From Lytechinus pictus (taxonomy: Eukaryota), in contig NC_087245.1 of the NCBI RefSeq assembly GCF_037042905.1, forward strand, positions 27,344,001-27,408,000: a stretch of DNA of 64,000 nt, read 5' to 3'. Positions 28,076 to 42,408 of the stretch are shown here, in pieces. The number at the start of each line of letters is the position of its first letter. Positions within the stretch are counted from its first letter, which is position 1. A program made the position numbers and the translations under genes. Below the pieces are notes generated by a model. The model was given only the letters and a program-made list of their open reading frames with translations. It was not told the origin of the DNA and searched no databases.

Positions 28076-28651
28076 AGTGATCATTTCACTTTGTTCTGAT
28101 TTAAAAAATTCCCCTTTTGGTTCTTGAAAATGGGCTTAACATTAGGCTTATAGTGTAAAAATACCATCCCAAAAGTTTCAAAGTATTATATCCACAGGAT
28201 CAATTTTAAAACCTTAAAGATGTAAACCAAAGTTTGAAAATAATTGGGAGTTGGTTTCAATGACTATGTGTATACAGTGAACCTGTGCACCACAACACAC
28301 GAACTCTAGATGAACACAGCATGGCCTACATAGAGTGTGTACTAGGTATACACTGAATGTTCAGTGCAGTTAATAGCGTGTGTGTGTAAATAGGAGATAT
28401 ACACAACAAAAGGCAGTCAAAATAGCCAACGGACTTTTTGAATTGGAGTAAACTGGTCATAAGCTTAACCTGTCTACTAGACGGTTCTCATAATCAAGCT
28501 AATAAATTGCTACTTGTATCTAAATTAGAGTTTTTCATTCTATATTGTGGTATGTTTCAGGGTTTTTGAGGACAAATACATGCACTCATACACATGTTTT
28601 GTCTCAGTTTGAGAATTTTTTAAATCAGCTGCTCACAGTTAAACGATCCCT
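28076..28651. mobile_element. Kolobok-like MITE, second family
   Basis: TTAA|AGTGATCATTTCACTTTG...CACAGTTAAACGATCCCT|TTAA. Confidence 0.75.
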
Positions 28652-29011
28652 TTAATGCAGGAATAGAGTAAGTTGGCAATTTTCCATATTTATCGTATAA
28701 TTGCTCCATAATGTATAATATATGTTTTCATAGAAAATTGCACACTGAGCATTTACCCACCAGATAAAAAAGAGATAAGCCAAATTTTTTTCAAACATTC
28801 CCAACTTTATTTCCTCAAACAGGGGTTCCTCACCAACTGAGGACAAGGTTAAACTGGACGAGTTACTTAAGTTTAAAAAAACATTTGATATTTCATTTAA
28901 CGAAATAGAAGAGAACAAAAGCGCGTCACCAGTGATTTGCGTCTTGTGCATTATAAGCGAAACATTAAAATGTTATCTTTCTTATCCCCTCCTTATCATG
29001 TTCCTAGGAGC

Positions 29012-29188
29012 CTGGGGGCCGTTTCATAAAGCTGTTCGTAAGTTAAGAGCGACTTTAAGAACGACTGGTGATCCTTTATTGTGGTAAATGGTATATTCAT
29101 TGGCGATGGTTACGCGCGTAAGAAATGTTCACCAGTCGTTCTTAAAGTCGCTCTTAACTTACGAACAGCTTTATGAAATACCCACCAG
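29012..29188. mobile_element. Palindromic Harbinger-like MITE
   Basis: ~55-bp near-perfect TIRs TTTCATAAAGCTGTTCGTAAGTTAAGAGCGACTTTAAGAACGACTGGTGA; CTG/CAG flanks. Confidence 0.88.
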
Positions 29189-32100
29189 ATCTGGTTGAAA
29201 AGGTTGGAGAAAAGGCAAACATTTCTATTTTGGTCCTTTCCAATCAACAAACCTCCTTTTTATACTCATCAGACACGCATTGTGATCAGTGGCATATCAC
29301 AATGCGACTTTTTCACTTATAATTTAGTAGCCCGTGGGGAATTTTCATTTCAAACAGCATCAGTCATGATCATCTTTAGATTATAATTCTCATTGCTTAT
29401 CAAACATCTGAGTTTAAGCAGCCATTGGAAAACTGATTGCTTCACTATCTTGTCGATAAAAGTATATCAACTCCGAAAATAAATATGTTTGAATAAAATC
29501 CTTTAATCAGTCAATCGATATACGTGTTTAGCTACTATTCAGAGAGGAATCCCTTTGCCGCAAATAATAGGCATACATTATATTTACTCTAACTCAATTT
29601 GTTAGCGCGTTGATTTTTTTTCTTCGTATGATATTTCGTGTGAGCGCGGAAAATACATAGGGTGTAATTCAAATGGTTTTCGAGGAAAAATCTTGGCGAA
29701 AGAATTACTTTGGAAAGATAAAATTCGGTATATATCTATATCATAAATTTGATATTTATTTATTTGTATCTATGTTCTTTGCGTCTTTTTTTCTGATCCA
29801 GTATCTATGGGTATATTTTTTAAATTTTATAAAACGTTGCTAGACATGAACGAGTTCTGAAAACTACTACTCAATAGATTATATAATCAATTGAATTAAA
29901 ATGAAACAAGTAAAAATTACCGAATGGTATGACTAAAGTATATTGATAGCAACAAAAGAGAAAGAATATACACGATATACTTTCAAAACAGTCATGTACA
30001 ATTCCCTTTTCTTACAGGCCCATGCTTTCAGGGAACTAACCTTGCAAATCTTGTTTTTCACATTTTGTCTTAGGCCCTTGTGGGAGGGCAATTTCCTCCT
30101 GGTTCCTCCTCCCCGGATTACAATCGCATTAAACCCGATCCGACATGTAAGGATCGCGTCCGCTCGAGATGGTTGTATAAACGCGCACGTAATTCAATGA
30201 AAGTAGCAAACAGTGACAGACATAAAGCTCAGTGGGCATGGTAACAAGTTCAAACAGGTTAATCTTACGCTAATTCAGAAGAAGTCCGTGTCTATTCCAA
30301 TATATCTTACTGCATGTGGCAGAGAAGCTTGGCAGCAGGGCTGTTGCTGCACATTTTGGTAACTTGCAAACTTTCGTAACACAAAAGGTGACGTAATTTT
30401 TATTTTGTTCAGTCATGTCCCACACGTCTCTTCTCCCTTTTTTTATTTTTACTTTTAGTTATTTATCTATCTATCTATTTTATTTATTTATCTATTATTT
30501 TGTATTTGGGGAAGAGCCTTGCCCCAACCCCGTCGTGGCACCGACCTTGTTAGTATACGTCGATATATCAACTGGAGAAAATGAATAAAATAAGTGAACA
30601 TGTTTTTTGTGTATGATTAATTAGAGATAGAATCAAGGAGATCAAAGCTAAATATAACTTGATTGGATTTTGGTTTTATTGATTTTCCGTTTCGCAGTTG
30701 TCAAGAAAAAAGTCAAACATATTTACAAGCCATAATATCACATACAAGATGACTATAGATTTAAGGAATACGATTCCAAGATAAAATATGATAATTCTGA
30801 GCGAACTAATATAATAGAGAGATACGAAAAGGCAAGAGAAATCAAGATAAGGTAAGGGAGAGAAAGGGAGAGAGAGAGAAAGAGAAGGGGGTAAGGAGAG
30901 AGAGGGGGAGGTAACAAAGCCTGCACAATTTAGTGTGATGGTGTTGGTGTACGTGACCTTTTTATGAGGGTGTGTGTGTGCGCGGGAGTTAATTGAGTTT
31001 GTATGTGTGGTGGGGCACGGGGAATGAGTAAATGTTGAGGGGTGTACGTATGGGGGTAAAAGTCTTCAAATATGAAACAGTACTGCCGTACATTATACGA
31101 CTCCCTTTCGTAGGATATGGTTGAAGCGTGAAACTATGGCTCCATTCTTTCTCGTTAAAATATAACTAAATAACCGTATGTGTGGGTGTGGGAGCTTTGG
31201 GTGTGAGAGAGTGTGCGTACGCCCGCGTGTGTGTGTTTGAGGTTACTGAGACAGATAGACATGATAGAGAAGGAGGGCAAGGCCGGAAAAGGGAGAGAGT
31301 AAACTAGTAGTTTGAATTTATTAAAACTCATCCGTATAGTCCCAGTAGTAAATTGTGCCCATCCATTATTAATTGTGATTTACAATGCGGAACTGCATTT
31401 AACACATTATGTGACAGCACATTTCAATAATCTGTCAAAATCGCTAACCAGTCATATTTTATAAGAACCAATTTGCGCCTCTTGGAAATTAAACTGGGAT
31501 AAGAGTTTTAAATATCATTAGTTGAGCTTAAAGTTCATTTTCATTATAGTTTTTAATTTTGCTAGTTTTTATAGACACAAATCAGTTCTTACCCCGCAAA
31601 CCTTTTAGGTAATGTCATATTATTTACTTTAACGCGACTCATAAAATTTGTTCATGAATGTATTTTCAATCGACGGGCTCCACCTATAACTCATGAGAGA
31701 TAAATGAGTGTGCATGTTACGATCTTTGTTTGTACATAATAACGTTAATTTGGGAAACTAAGTAAGGTCTGACTTTATTATACGAAGCATCATATACTTT
31801 ATATGTGTTTGATAACATGTTACAGACGTTTCACCCTTTAACGCAAGCTTTCCTGTGGCTATTTCTATTTAATCAAAGAAGATACCTAAGACGCTGCCCA
31901 CACAAACGAATGTTGACCGACCTTTTTTTTCTATCGCTTACTGTAAACCTAACACCTTTGACTTAAGGTCCAGGTTTTTTTTTCCCAATCGATCAATGCG
32001 TCGGTAACGCCACGAGCACGACGAGTCAGCTTTTCAAGTTCACACTTTGATTTATTTTGGTAAATGGCAGGAAGGAGAATGGAAGATTTTTTAAAAGTTG

Positions 32101-33112
32101 AACTTCCGGCTAAAATGTTTGAAATCTCCATCGAACGGAATCAATATGGCTCTTATTTCCTTCAGTCCTTTCGAAAGAGATATGCGTCCGTGTTATTCCT
32201 TATTATACCTTGTATATATTTTCATCAGAATATAGCTACAAATTACACCACATTTACTAAATTATTTACAAGCTTAGAGCTTATGATAAATCATTTACTT
32301 GCAACGCCGAGCTCTTAATGCCCTGCTTGAGAAAAAGGGAGCTTTAACCGGCGCTCTTGAGTTCAAGATCGAGTTTTGTTGATGCAAACTCTTAGCTCCA
32401 TCACTTAGGGTGTCGTGGCTTTCTAAGGTTAAGTGGGATAGGATGGACTCGTTCGATAAAAACACTTGATTCGGAATCGATATACCTATATCTTTCAAAT
32501 ATAAGTTAATTATCTATAACTTTTTCTTATTAAATAAGTCACTAAATGACAAGAGTGTACATCTTAGCGTACATGCTTTTTGAATTTTGACCAGATTATT
32601 ATGAGATTAATTTTGATATCAATCAAAAATTGGTAGGTATATTTACAAACAACGATGTATTAGTTGCATCCATTACGTTTATAGGGATTGATAGTGGGAA
32701 GTAATCATTCGTTAATATGTTTTTGCTTTTGGTATTTAAAGTTGAATTTACATAACAAGTCAAAAATTAATTCATAGTTCTTAAGAAATGAAATTGTGAT
32801 TGCGTTATATTGGAATATATAGCTTGAACCATGTGCATCATTGGTTTACAATAAAAATAGTAGATAGTATGTCTTTTAGATGAGCAGGATGACAGGAAGA
32901 TTAACATTTATCACACTCATCACCATCCCATCTATTATCAATGATTTCTGTACGAACAACAAATCTTTCATAATTACCCGAAATAATTATGAAAAAAAAA
33001 TCCTCAGAGCTTGTGCCGAAAAGTAAATAATGTTGTTTCTTTTTTTGAAGCATTTAAGTCCCTCAAGAATTCATCTTGTCTGAAGGGCTCAAGATGACTG
33101 AATTTCCCTTAC

Positions 33113-33148
33113 CAGTGAGGATTCGCTTAAGAGGGGGTTTTCCTCAAC
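33113..33148 (-). other. Candidate 36-nt exon
   Basis: tgtattctttgcAG | GTTGAGGAAAACCCCCTCTTAAGCGAATCCTCACTG | GTAAGG; same strand as the neuropeptide gene. Confidence 0.25.
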
Positions 33149-35219
33149 CTGCAAAGAATACACAATCTCTTGTGAATTTCAAGTTGATTTAAAAGTCATG
33201 TCGTCTCAAGACTGAGAAAACAGAATACGGATAACTAGCACACTCCAAGGTAATACTGGTAGGTGCATCTGATTGATTTTTAATATCAAACGATAGCATC
33301 CTTTATTTTATTCACGTCAAGACTAAGGGATGTTTCTCAATCATGCTAGTTGCATCTGTCTCTTTCAAGGTAAAATGGTTCCCTAAATAGATTATTTTCA
33401 TTTCGATACACCAAGCGCTATTTCTGAAAAACCATAAGTACCGAGAACAAGTGCATTGATTTTCCATCAGTTTCTTTGTCTTTTATAAGATTTTTTTGAG
33501 GGGGGGGGGAGGGGTTGTGCCGACTTTAACACTCCATCCCAATTTCTTCATCCTATATGGATTGTAAACAAAACAGCAACCCTGTAACCACTATAAGAGG
33601 AAAGCCACGTTAGGTATAATCACAAATAGTTTTTAATAGTAACCGGTTTTCTTATCGTCTAATATGACTTAAGATCGTAAATAAGAAGCAGGGAGTTACC
33701 TCATAACTCTCTGATAAGAAATAAGCATGCCACTTACGACTCCTATAAGTGCCCTGCCTCCTTACAAATGAAAATGCTGGCTAGCAGTCCATTGGGAAAA
33801 GAAACCCAAAGGCTTATTGTTTAACAAAATCAGATAAAATTCATGGATTGTTTGTAATGAAAGATGAATTAGGATTCTGCATTGGAACTGTATTGGAAAG
33901 AGTAGGTCTATATATACAATATCCGTACCTTTTTGTTCATTTGGTTAAAATCAATGATGGGGATGGACCTTTAAAACTTTCAGTTCTATCCGTTGAATTC
34001 GCAGACCAATGTTTTCAGCAAGGCAATAGCACACACACTCTGTCTTCAATTCATGGTATTTCAATCCATTATGACGCTTTCTTGATATTTTTTGATGATC
34101 AAATGGGGATTTCTATTTGTCTAAAGAGTTCTTACGATATAAAGATACCGCACTTGTTGAGATGATAATGTTCAGTGTGATATCAATACACGGGATGAAA
34201 ATCTCTGAGTTGTAAATATTACGATAGATTGAACAAAAATAATCCACGTTTTTAATCAAACCCCTTGAATTTAATCTCAGAAGTGAGCTGAAACAGATTC
34301 AGAAAGATACCACTTTTTTGTGATTAGATGCGTGGTAAATTATTTCAAACATCAGCTGGTATCTAAACGGATATTACGAAATTGATATCTCCAGTAACAC
34401 TGTCACATCAACAGGGTTTTCAACAGTAAAAAAAAAACAAAAAAAAAAGGAAAATGAAAAACTTGAGAGAGTCAAGGAAATTGTACCAGGGCATAGCAAA
34501 CATCTAAACGTGGAATGCTTATGCGATACAAGACATTATCGAAACGATGATAGAGTATCGGAAGAAAAAAGAAGCACAGACGAGGAACAATTTTGAGAAA
34601 GGCAAGGAAGTTTATTTAAGAAAAGATTACATGGAGGACATCTTGATTCGATGTAAAGGAAACCACGATAAGCTGTAAATCGGATCGGTATAACGTCATC
34701 TAATTTGCAAGTGTCAATGTCCTCTACTGTCACCCGTGAGGTTATCAGTAATATCTTTATATTTGAACATTCACATCGAAATAAATCAATAAATTGCACT
34801 AGGTTGTAAAGAGCTATGAAGAAGCAGATTATCATTGGTACTCTTTGACAGGTCAACGGCCTTTCTGACTTTCTAAATCCGCTAAATTTTCTTTTCTTTT
34901 CTCCCCACCATTTTTATTGCTTATACTGTGAGTTGAATTCTTTTACTCTTTTGTTGTTGTATCATATTATACTTGTACATAATTATGTTTGTATATTTTT
35001 AAAGGATGTAAAATGAATGAATTGAATTGAAAACTCTACAACAGAATTGTCCAGTCATGGGCGGAGAAGATATGAAAGAGTGAAAGAAACATCAAAACTG
35101 GTGTGCTCCACCATGTAATAAAAATAAAATCAGTTTTGGGAACTCGATTACAATGATCCGAGAGTAAACCAGTTCACATCTACTCTAGATAAGCCTACGA
35201 GACAAGGGGTACCAGGAAA

Positions 35220-35646
35220 GGTTAATTTCAAATTGGTCTAATGCCAATTTGTCCAATCACCAACTCGTCTCCTATCATTTGGTCTACCATCAGTTCGCCC
35301 ACTATCCACATGGTCTTAATGCCATTTCGTCCACTCACTATTTCGGTTTAATAACCAGTTGGTCCAATAGCCATTTAGTCCATATACCATTTGGTCTAAT
35401 TAGATGAAGCGTTAATTTGGCGAAATGAATGAAAAGAAAATGGGTATTAGACCAAGGCTATAGCGGATATGAGACGAAATGGTCATAGACGAACTGGTTA
35501 TTAGACGAAGTGATTATTGGACCAAATGGTTATTATACAAAATGGCTTTTAGACGAAATTTGATGGGCGTATGCCATTAGACTAAATGAAGGTAGGCAAT
35601 GTGATGAGTGGACGAATTGGTAGTAGACGAATCGGCAGTTTAATCC
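35220..35646. mobile_element. Foldback MITE of short GGTCTA/TAGAC subrepeats
   Basis: Left half rich in TGGTCTA/CGTCT, right half in TAGACC/TAGACGAA; flanked by direct AGGAAA (35214-35219, 35647-35652). Confidence 0.75.
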
Positions 35647-36329
35647 AGGAAATACTAACTGAAGACACCGCCTACTCTTAGACACTGAGGAATTCTATGA
35701 CCTACTTTTGGCGGGAGCTCTAACCAATTTGCGCTGCTCCCTCTAGAATTTGGCGGGAAATTGTCGTCAAATGACACCATTCCTCTGCCTGCTTCCTAAC
35801 TGATAAACCATGGTAGCCAAAATGTTCTGTGATCAATGATGTCAGTTGGCACGTAGCATGTTGCCGCCAACCCATATAGATATGATCGCATCTTAATCTA
35901 TTTGTAAATAGTCCAGATAAGATCAGTTAATGTTGAGCATCGTGCATTCATGATTATTAGTACCTAATATGGATATCTGAATTGCATCTCCATTTGACTG
36001 AATTCAAAGAAAATCTAGTTAAAGTAAAATTGATTCTAAATTCAGGTAAAACTGGTACACGCAGTTTTGTAGATTACAGTTTGGCTTTTATGACCTAACT
36101 TCCGTGATCAATAAAATGTATACGTAAATGGGCGTCAAACGAAATAAAAATTTCAATCAGGGACTACTTTAATTTTTAATTTATTTTTGGAAACCCATTT
36201 TTAGAAGATAGATTGACATCTTTTCTAAGCAGTCACACTGTTTTGCTATGAAATCAGTTTTCCTCTTTAATCGCATACTATAAACATAATAAAAACTAAA
36301 AAAAAGGTCCACAACCTAAATGCCACAAT

Positions 36330-36612
36330 ATCATCATATCAGGGTGCTATCGTGCACCTCACATGGGAAAGGTTAAAATATGTACTTTTGTTGGCATCCT
36401 TGCACTTATTTGCATCCTAAATTTTGCAAGACCAATTTTAGCACTTTTTCATGGGCACTCAATGCATTGAAGAAATTAATACTGCCAGGTACACATTCAC
36501 CTCACCTTGGTCAAATACAGCACAGTGGATGAATTCCACCGCAATGACTAGGAATTGAACCCAGGCTCATGTGTCTGAAAGACGAGAGTTAGAACCACTA
36601 TCAAGACACGCC
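36330..36612 (-). mobile_element. Degenerate tRNA-derived SINE
   Basis: Minus strand head GGCGTGTCTTGATAGTGGTT (A-box-like), B-box GGTTCAATTCC (36561-36551), then GGTGAGGTGAATGTGTACCTGG core; 3' boundary approximate. Confidence 0.6.
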
Positions 36613-37725
36613 CTTTCCTATGAAGGGTACAATCCTGATCCCATTAGAGTGCACAATGTTGTTTATAGCGCCCTTGAGGGTGAAAAGTTGCACCAATAAA
36701 AATTCTTGATCTGAAATAAGTGTACAGTTATAAACTATTGAAAAAATAAAATTCTACACCACACAATTAAGACGGCCAAGAGTGTTCAATTTTTCAAAAC
36801 AAAGGGCAATTTTGCCGTAGTAAGAATGAACCCTCATTCGACGAATTCATTAATTGTCGTGTTAATTATAACATCAAAGTGTTAATCTAGTAGGTTAAGG
36901 GTTCGATCATCCCTTTAAATAACAGTTTAGATTTCGGAATTAAACAATAACAAATGTATATGGGAACGTATAGAATAAATCTAGATGCGAGGAATAGTCC
37001 AAATCAAATTATAGTGGAGAGCGAGACTCAAGAAACCCCCGCTGCCATTTCCAGTTCTGACTTTTGTGAGGTTGTAAATTTACGTATGTCACGAGCCATC
37101 GGTCAGATCGGTTAGTGGTTTCTTCTGAATGTCCGCATCAATCGGGATCTTTATCATACGCACGCTTCTTCGGTGTAAACGACCATCGGTGATTCTTCCC
37201 AGTGTATCGTAAATGCTCTTTAAAAAGTTAAGTGCTAAATCAGCGGTTTTAAGAGCTCCAGGTGCTGATTTGCCGCACTAGAAGTGCCAAGACAGCGCTT
37301 GCTATACATTTAGCACCCGAAGTGCTTAAAATCAGCACCTGAGGTGCAATTACTTTGATAGGAGCTCCACACTAACAATAAGATAGGCCTATTATTAAAA
37401 GTGCCCCCTTCTGACGTACAGGCAGGTCTTAGAATATCTCATTTGGTTGTACGATGCTCCATTTCTTGCATTTCCGTTTGAATAATTTATGAAAAATGCT
37501 TATTTAACAAATTAAAATTGCGGTTTTTCATTCATGCACCGTGCGCTATGCATTATACTGCTTGAATAATTTCAGGTTTTTATCGCCTCGTTGTTTTGAT
37601 TTTGACATGTACATGGTCAGGAAGCACACAAATTCGCATTGATAATCCTTTAAGAGAAGTATTCATCTGTGCTTGAGGAACTGAACGTTTCCTTCTTCAC
37701 TACAAAACACATTGGTTTCGATCCA

Positions 37726-38036
37726 CTGGTCCGTATTCTGAAGTTGGGTTTAATCTTTACTTTAGTCTAAAGTTGTGTATTAACTACAGATAGCCAATCG
37801 TGACATAAATTACTTAACACGTGAGGTTCAAACATCCCCTCATTTCACACTGAAGTCACTGCTAACTGTCTGGGATAATAAATAAGATAGTTGTCTTCAC
37901 CTTTTAAGGATTAGTGAATAGCACAGTAAACATATGAAACATACGATGTAAACAGAATTCTGACGTTTTTGGCTTCCCTTGATTTTAGCACAGAAATTGT
38001 TAAGTCTAAGTCAAACCCGACATCAGAATAAGGATC
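37726..38036. mobile_element. Harbinger-like MITE (decayed)
   Basis: GGTCCGTATTCTGAAGTTGGGTTT...AAACCCGACATCAGAATAAGGATC. Confidence 0.6.
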
Positions 38037-38222
38037 TTTGAGTATATAATTTCATCTTTCTCGGAATTTAATACATTTTTAATTATCAAGCGAGCAACAG
38101 TTTGAAGTGTCATAATGAAAGACAGAAAATGTCCTTCATCGTGCTACTTTCACACCAATGAAATCGCCTACATACCTACCGATAGCACGTCATTCAACAT
38201 GACGTAAATAGCTTTGATCTGT

Positions 38223-38356
38223 CTGGAACTCGTAACACAAAGATTAGTAATCAATGTAGAAGAATTATGTTTATGATTGATTGCATTGACAACAGTGTAC
38301 AATCGATCGTCAATATCGAACATACGATCAATCGCTTACCTTTGTGTTACGGGTCG
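38223..38356. mobile_element. Short palindromic MITE
   Basis: CTCGTAACACAAAG...CTTTGTGTTACGGG. Confidence 0.6.
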
Positions 38357-39793
38357 GTTTGGTTTGTGTGACTTTGCAGCAGTGAATCGTACGAAATAAT
38401 CACCCGTATCATGCACATCAAGATGACACTCATAATGATGATAATAAAACAAAAATTTTGTTTTGTAAAACTTAAAACATAGTGTAGGCCTACTAATGTT
38501 GGATAAAATCTTTATTATGATATTTCGAAGCATCTGAATTGGTTCAATATGAGATGTAAACATAACTGTGAAAATAAGTAGAAATGTTTGTAACATTACA
38601 CGAGGCATTTCATACGCCATTCATGTCGCACTGATAATCATGTAATATTCAGTTAAGTTTTTTCTGATAGAACAACCACGACGTCTTGTGATTTTCATCC
38701 CAGTCGCTCTGAGCCTACAGGACGGGGGTGATTGATTGGAAGGAAACGGTTTGCTGCCTTGTAAATTCAAGTATTAACGATGAAACACCGTTTGATCCCC
38801 TTGAGGAAAACCCGCGAAATCAAAGAGGTCAATTATACGCCAACATCTTGGGTTAACGGTGAAGAAACAGGTTTCATCTCTGATCGTTAATAATTGAATA
38901 TCTTAAAAAGACGATAAATATTTTCATTGATTTTGTTTTGGAAATGGCAAACTGTAATTCCCTTGGGTGATATTCACATCGAACGGAATAAAAATAGTGA
39001 ATTATACTTATAATGTCTAGGAACGGAAATATCAAAATGATAATAGATACCGTTTATACTTGAGATCTACCTTGAAAATCACAAATAACTATAAAATTAT
39101 AAGATTCTAAGATTGAACTGAATTGAATTGAGTTAAGAGGTAAAAAATTTAAACATATACGCATAAGACAATAGTCTATATAGACCTGTCATAAATTATT
39201 TTGAAAGTAGACGGTTTTTTTTCTTCAAAATCGGATCATAAGATGCAGGTAAATGAATGTGAGGGTGGTCGACAAGGCTACATTATGTCTCCCAAATACT
39301 TTAACTCATACAGCAAGTTAAGATTCATGACGTTGTAATATGAAAGAACCAAAATTTGGAAGGGCAGACTATCAAAAACAGTTAGTATACCAATGACACC
39401 CTTTAATCGTGGAGAGAAAGACCGGAAACGATTTTGGTATAACGCTAACAGAAAAAAACAACATTCAGTTCGATATTTTTTAATACCCCATACAGTTTGA
39501 TTAGGAAGAAAGTGATCACTTTAGGTTAACCACCACTCAACGAGGCAAATTGCTTTATTTTGATTGCCTACAGGCATTGCCATTACCAGTAATACAAGGG
39601 GGTAAAAAAATCGTGAAAATTTCATTTGCGAAATCACCGTATTGGAAGTCAGAAATTAAAGATGCCTTGGTGCCTTGCAGGAAACAAAAGGTAACTGGAA
39701 TATCGTGAGTTTAGGATTGAAATTTTGCAAGGACACTGTAGGAAATCTGGCAAATTATAATGGCTTTCAAAAAAGAAAGATGAACAATGGTGC

Positions 39794-39827
<34 letters not shown>

Positions 39828-42179
39828 AAGGGGGGGGGGGAGAAAGATAATAAATATAGGGGGAAGGAGATATGGATCGAATGTGCCAGAAGTTTAATAG
39901 TCGAAGAGTCACAATGATGTTAATCGTTACTAAATTAAACGAATCTGGGTTAGTAAATGCATTTCAACTCGACAAGTTGGTAACAAAGATGCAAAGTTCC
40001 CGAAAGGTCTATTCCGGCAATCTTCATCAGTGATCTCGTACAATGAACTAAATCACTAGAAAGAGAGTGCTATCAGTAGCTCTACAAAAGTAAATCAATG
40101 TATAGCGGGTCACTTTCCGACATGATTAAAAGTATTCAACTGAATTCTTTGTGGGTTAACTTTGAAATACCTGAGAAGCAGGTGCTTGACACAGTATGAC
40201 GGTAAAAGGACTACTTTGCTTCCGTTGGGTGAATTTCGTATTTCATAAATAACAACATTGTCGTTATAAGAAACAACCTAAGGGTGTTCGGAGGTATTCC
40301 ATGTCAAATTGGGTATGTTACCCAGCTCTAGACGGCTCTTTAAAAAGATGCCACAGTTGCGGTGTATCACATTCTGAGGACTATCGACCGCGTGTAATTA
40401 ATCTGAACGAACTTTCATCATTAACACCTCCATGGGTCCTCAGATGATAACTGATAGTAACAGGAATATGACTGAAATGCATTCACAAGCAAACACTGTC
40501 AAATTTAGAATAACAAAGAGAGGGAGAGTAAGAGGAGCTAGACGGTGTGGGAAAGAGAGAGTAGAAACGAAAAGCAGAGAGAGAGAGAGAGGGAGGGGGA
40601 GGGGGGGGGGGGAGGGAGGTGGAGATCGAAAAAGACAAAGAGGGAAAGAGAAATGGAAACTGATAGGTTTCTATAATTGGTGAGTAAAATAATACATAAT
40701 TTGAAATTCTATAGAGAGAGAGAGAGAGAGGGGGTGAGAGGGTTTGTTTGGATCTATTGTTTATGGATTGGAAGGATAATGTGGGTGTGTGAGGGTGCCT
40801 GGATGGTGTTAATTTGTGATGAGGGTGTGTGTGTATGTGTGGGTGGGGGTGAGCGAGCGTGGGTAAGATCGGGACGAAAGTGGAGAAAGTGAATGCTTTA
40901 GAAGTGTGAAAGAGAAAGGAGAAACAAGCGAGCAGACCTTTTAACGAGAATCACACATACAATCATTATTTCATAAATGTCACGTTTTGCTATTTCATGT
41001 TGGCGATACTACAGGGAATAATAGTCATATAATCGAGCCTCGGACGGTATTAAGAGAAGACACTATATTTTAACTAGTTATTGCCAATGCTCGTTGGGAC
41101 TACGGACTAGGATAAAAAGATCAAATTTTCCGGACTGAGTTTGCTATGTAGCCGCATGACGAGAATTGCTTTTATAAAGTAGTGATTCCTCCAAGGAGGG
41201 CGATACATGTATATTCATAAACATGAATATGATGGAAATGATTTATTAACTTAACCTATCTGTAATAACCTTTTATATACCAAATTCTATCTGAAGTTTA
41301 TTATTTATGTCCTTTGTTATATAACTTGGTTTCAGTTCATGTCAGAAAACGTCTTCATAAGGTAGAAATTATGTTGGATGCATAATTCAAAACACATTGT
41401 CTGTTACCTTATTATGTGTTTATGTATACAACGTGAAAAAAAAATATAAACATTGAGAAAAAACACGCTTTATGTTGTATTTGAATATTTATAATTCATA
41501 AATCAGGTTTGTGAACAAATGAGATGCGTTAGGAAAAACGCCAACTGTGACATGCTACATCAATCACATAACAAATTAATAATTGCTAATTAAATTACAT
41601 AATCGATCAAATATAAAATGAAGAAATGCCAATTAAAACTCCAAAAATAAAGTTTCCACAAAACGGAAATTTGTATGTCAATTATTGTCTCCCCCATGTA
41701 TATCACTCTTATTATCGACTTTCAATCATATAGAACATGGAAAAGAACTAAGCTGGAAGAGAGAAGTTCGCAATAAGGGGTGAAGAAAAAGAGTTCGAAT
41801 TTCAACAACAAAGCCGAATGTGGAGCGGCGACAGAGACTTGATATCTTTTTTACGTCAGATGAAGAATAACCTAGACGCATTTAGGAAGCAAATTGTCAC
41901 CACGACAGTTTTATTGAAAAAAATGATGATCCCTTCTAAATTTCTCTTGCTTTTCTTTCTTTTTTTCACTCCTTCTTCCTTCATATCACTTTCTTCCATC
42001 ACGCTTTTTATTAATCTGCATTTTTTGTCGTTCTATATAACCCCATTTCCCTGTATTGGGAAACAGACTGTCATGACTGTCGAACTAAAGAAAATTCTGT
42101 GCCGATCAGATAGACGGCGACTAACAACATCACACACAAATTCTGCCATTACTACATCTTCTTCTATTTTTACCACTTA

Positions 42180-42211
42180 TAATATTACTAATACTGCTTC
42201 TACTGCTGCTG

Positions 42212-42249
<38 letters not shown>

Positions 42250-42331
42250 ACTACTACTAATACTACTACTACTACTACTACCGCTGCTGCTGCTTTTGCT
42301 GCCACTACCACTGCTAATACTGTTACTGCTG

Positions 42332-42369
<38 letters not shown>

Positions 42370-42408
42370 GCTTCTTCTGCTACTACTACTACTACTCCTA
42401 CTACTAGT
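42180..42408. repeat. Compound (CTA)n/(CTG)n microsatellite
   Basis: Direct reading; source of the spurious poly-Thr/Ala and poly-Ser ORFs. Confidence 0.95.

Noticed and set aside
31949..32498. Two minus-strand ORFs as a possible second neuropeptide gene
   Set aside because: No signal peptide or amidation motif, weak splice sites
36530..36612. tRNA gene
   Set aside because: Degenerate cloverleaf followed by a SINE-like body
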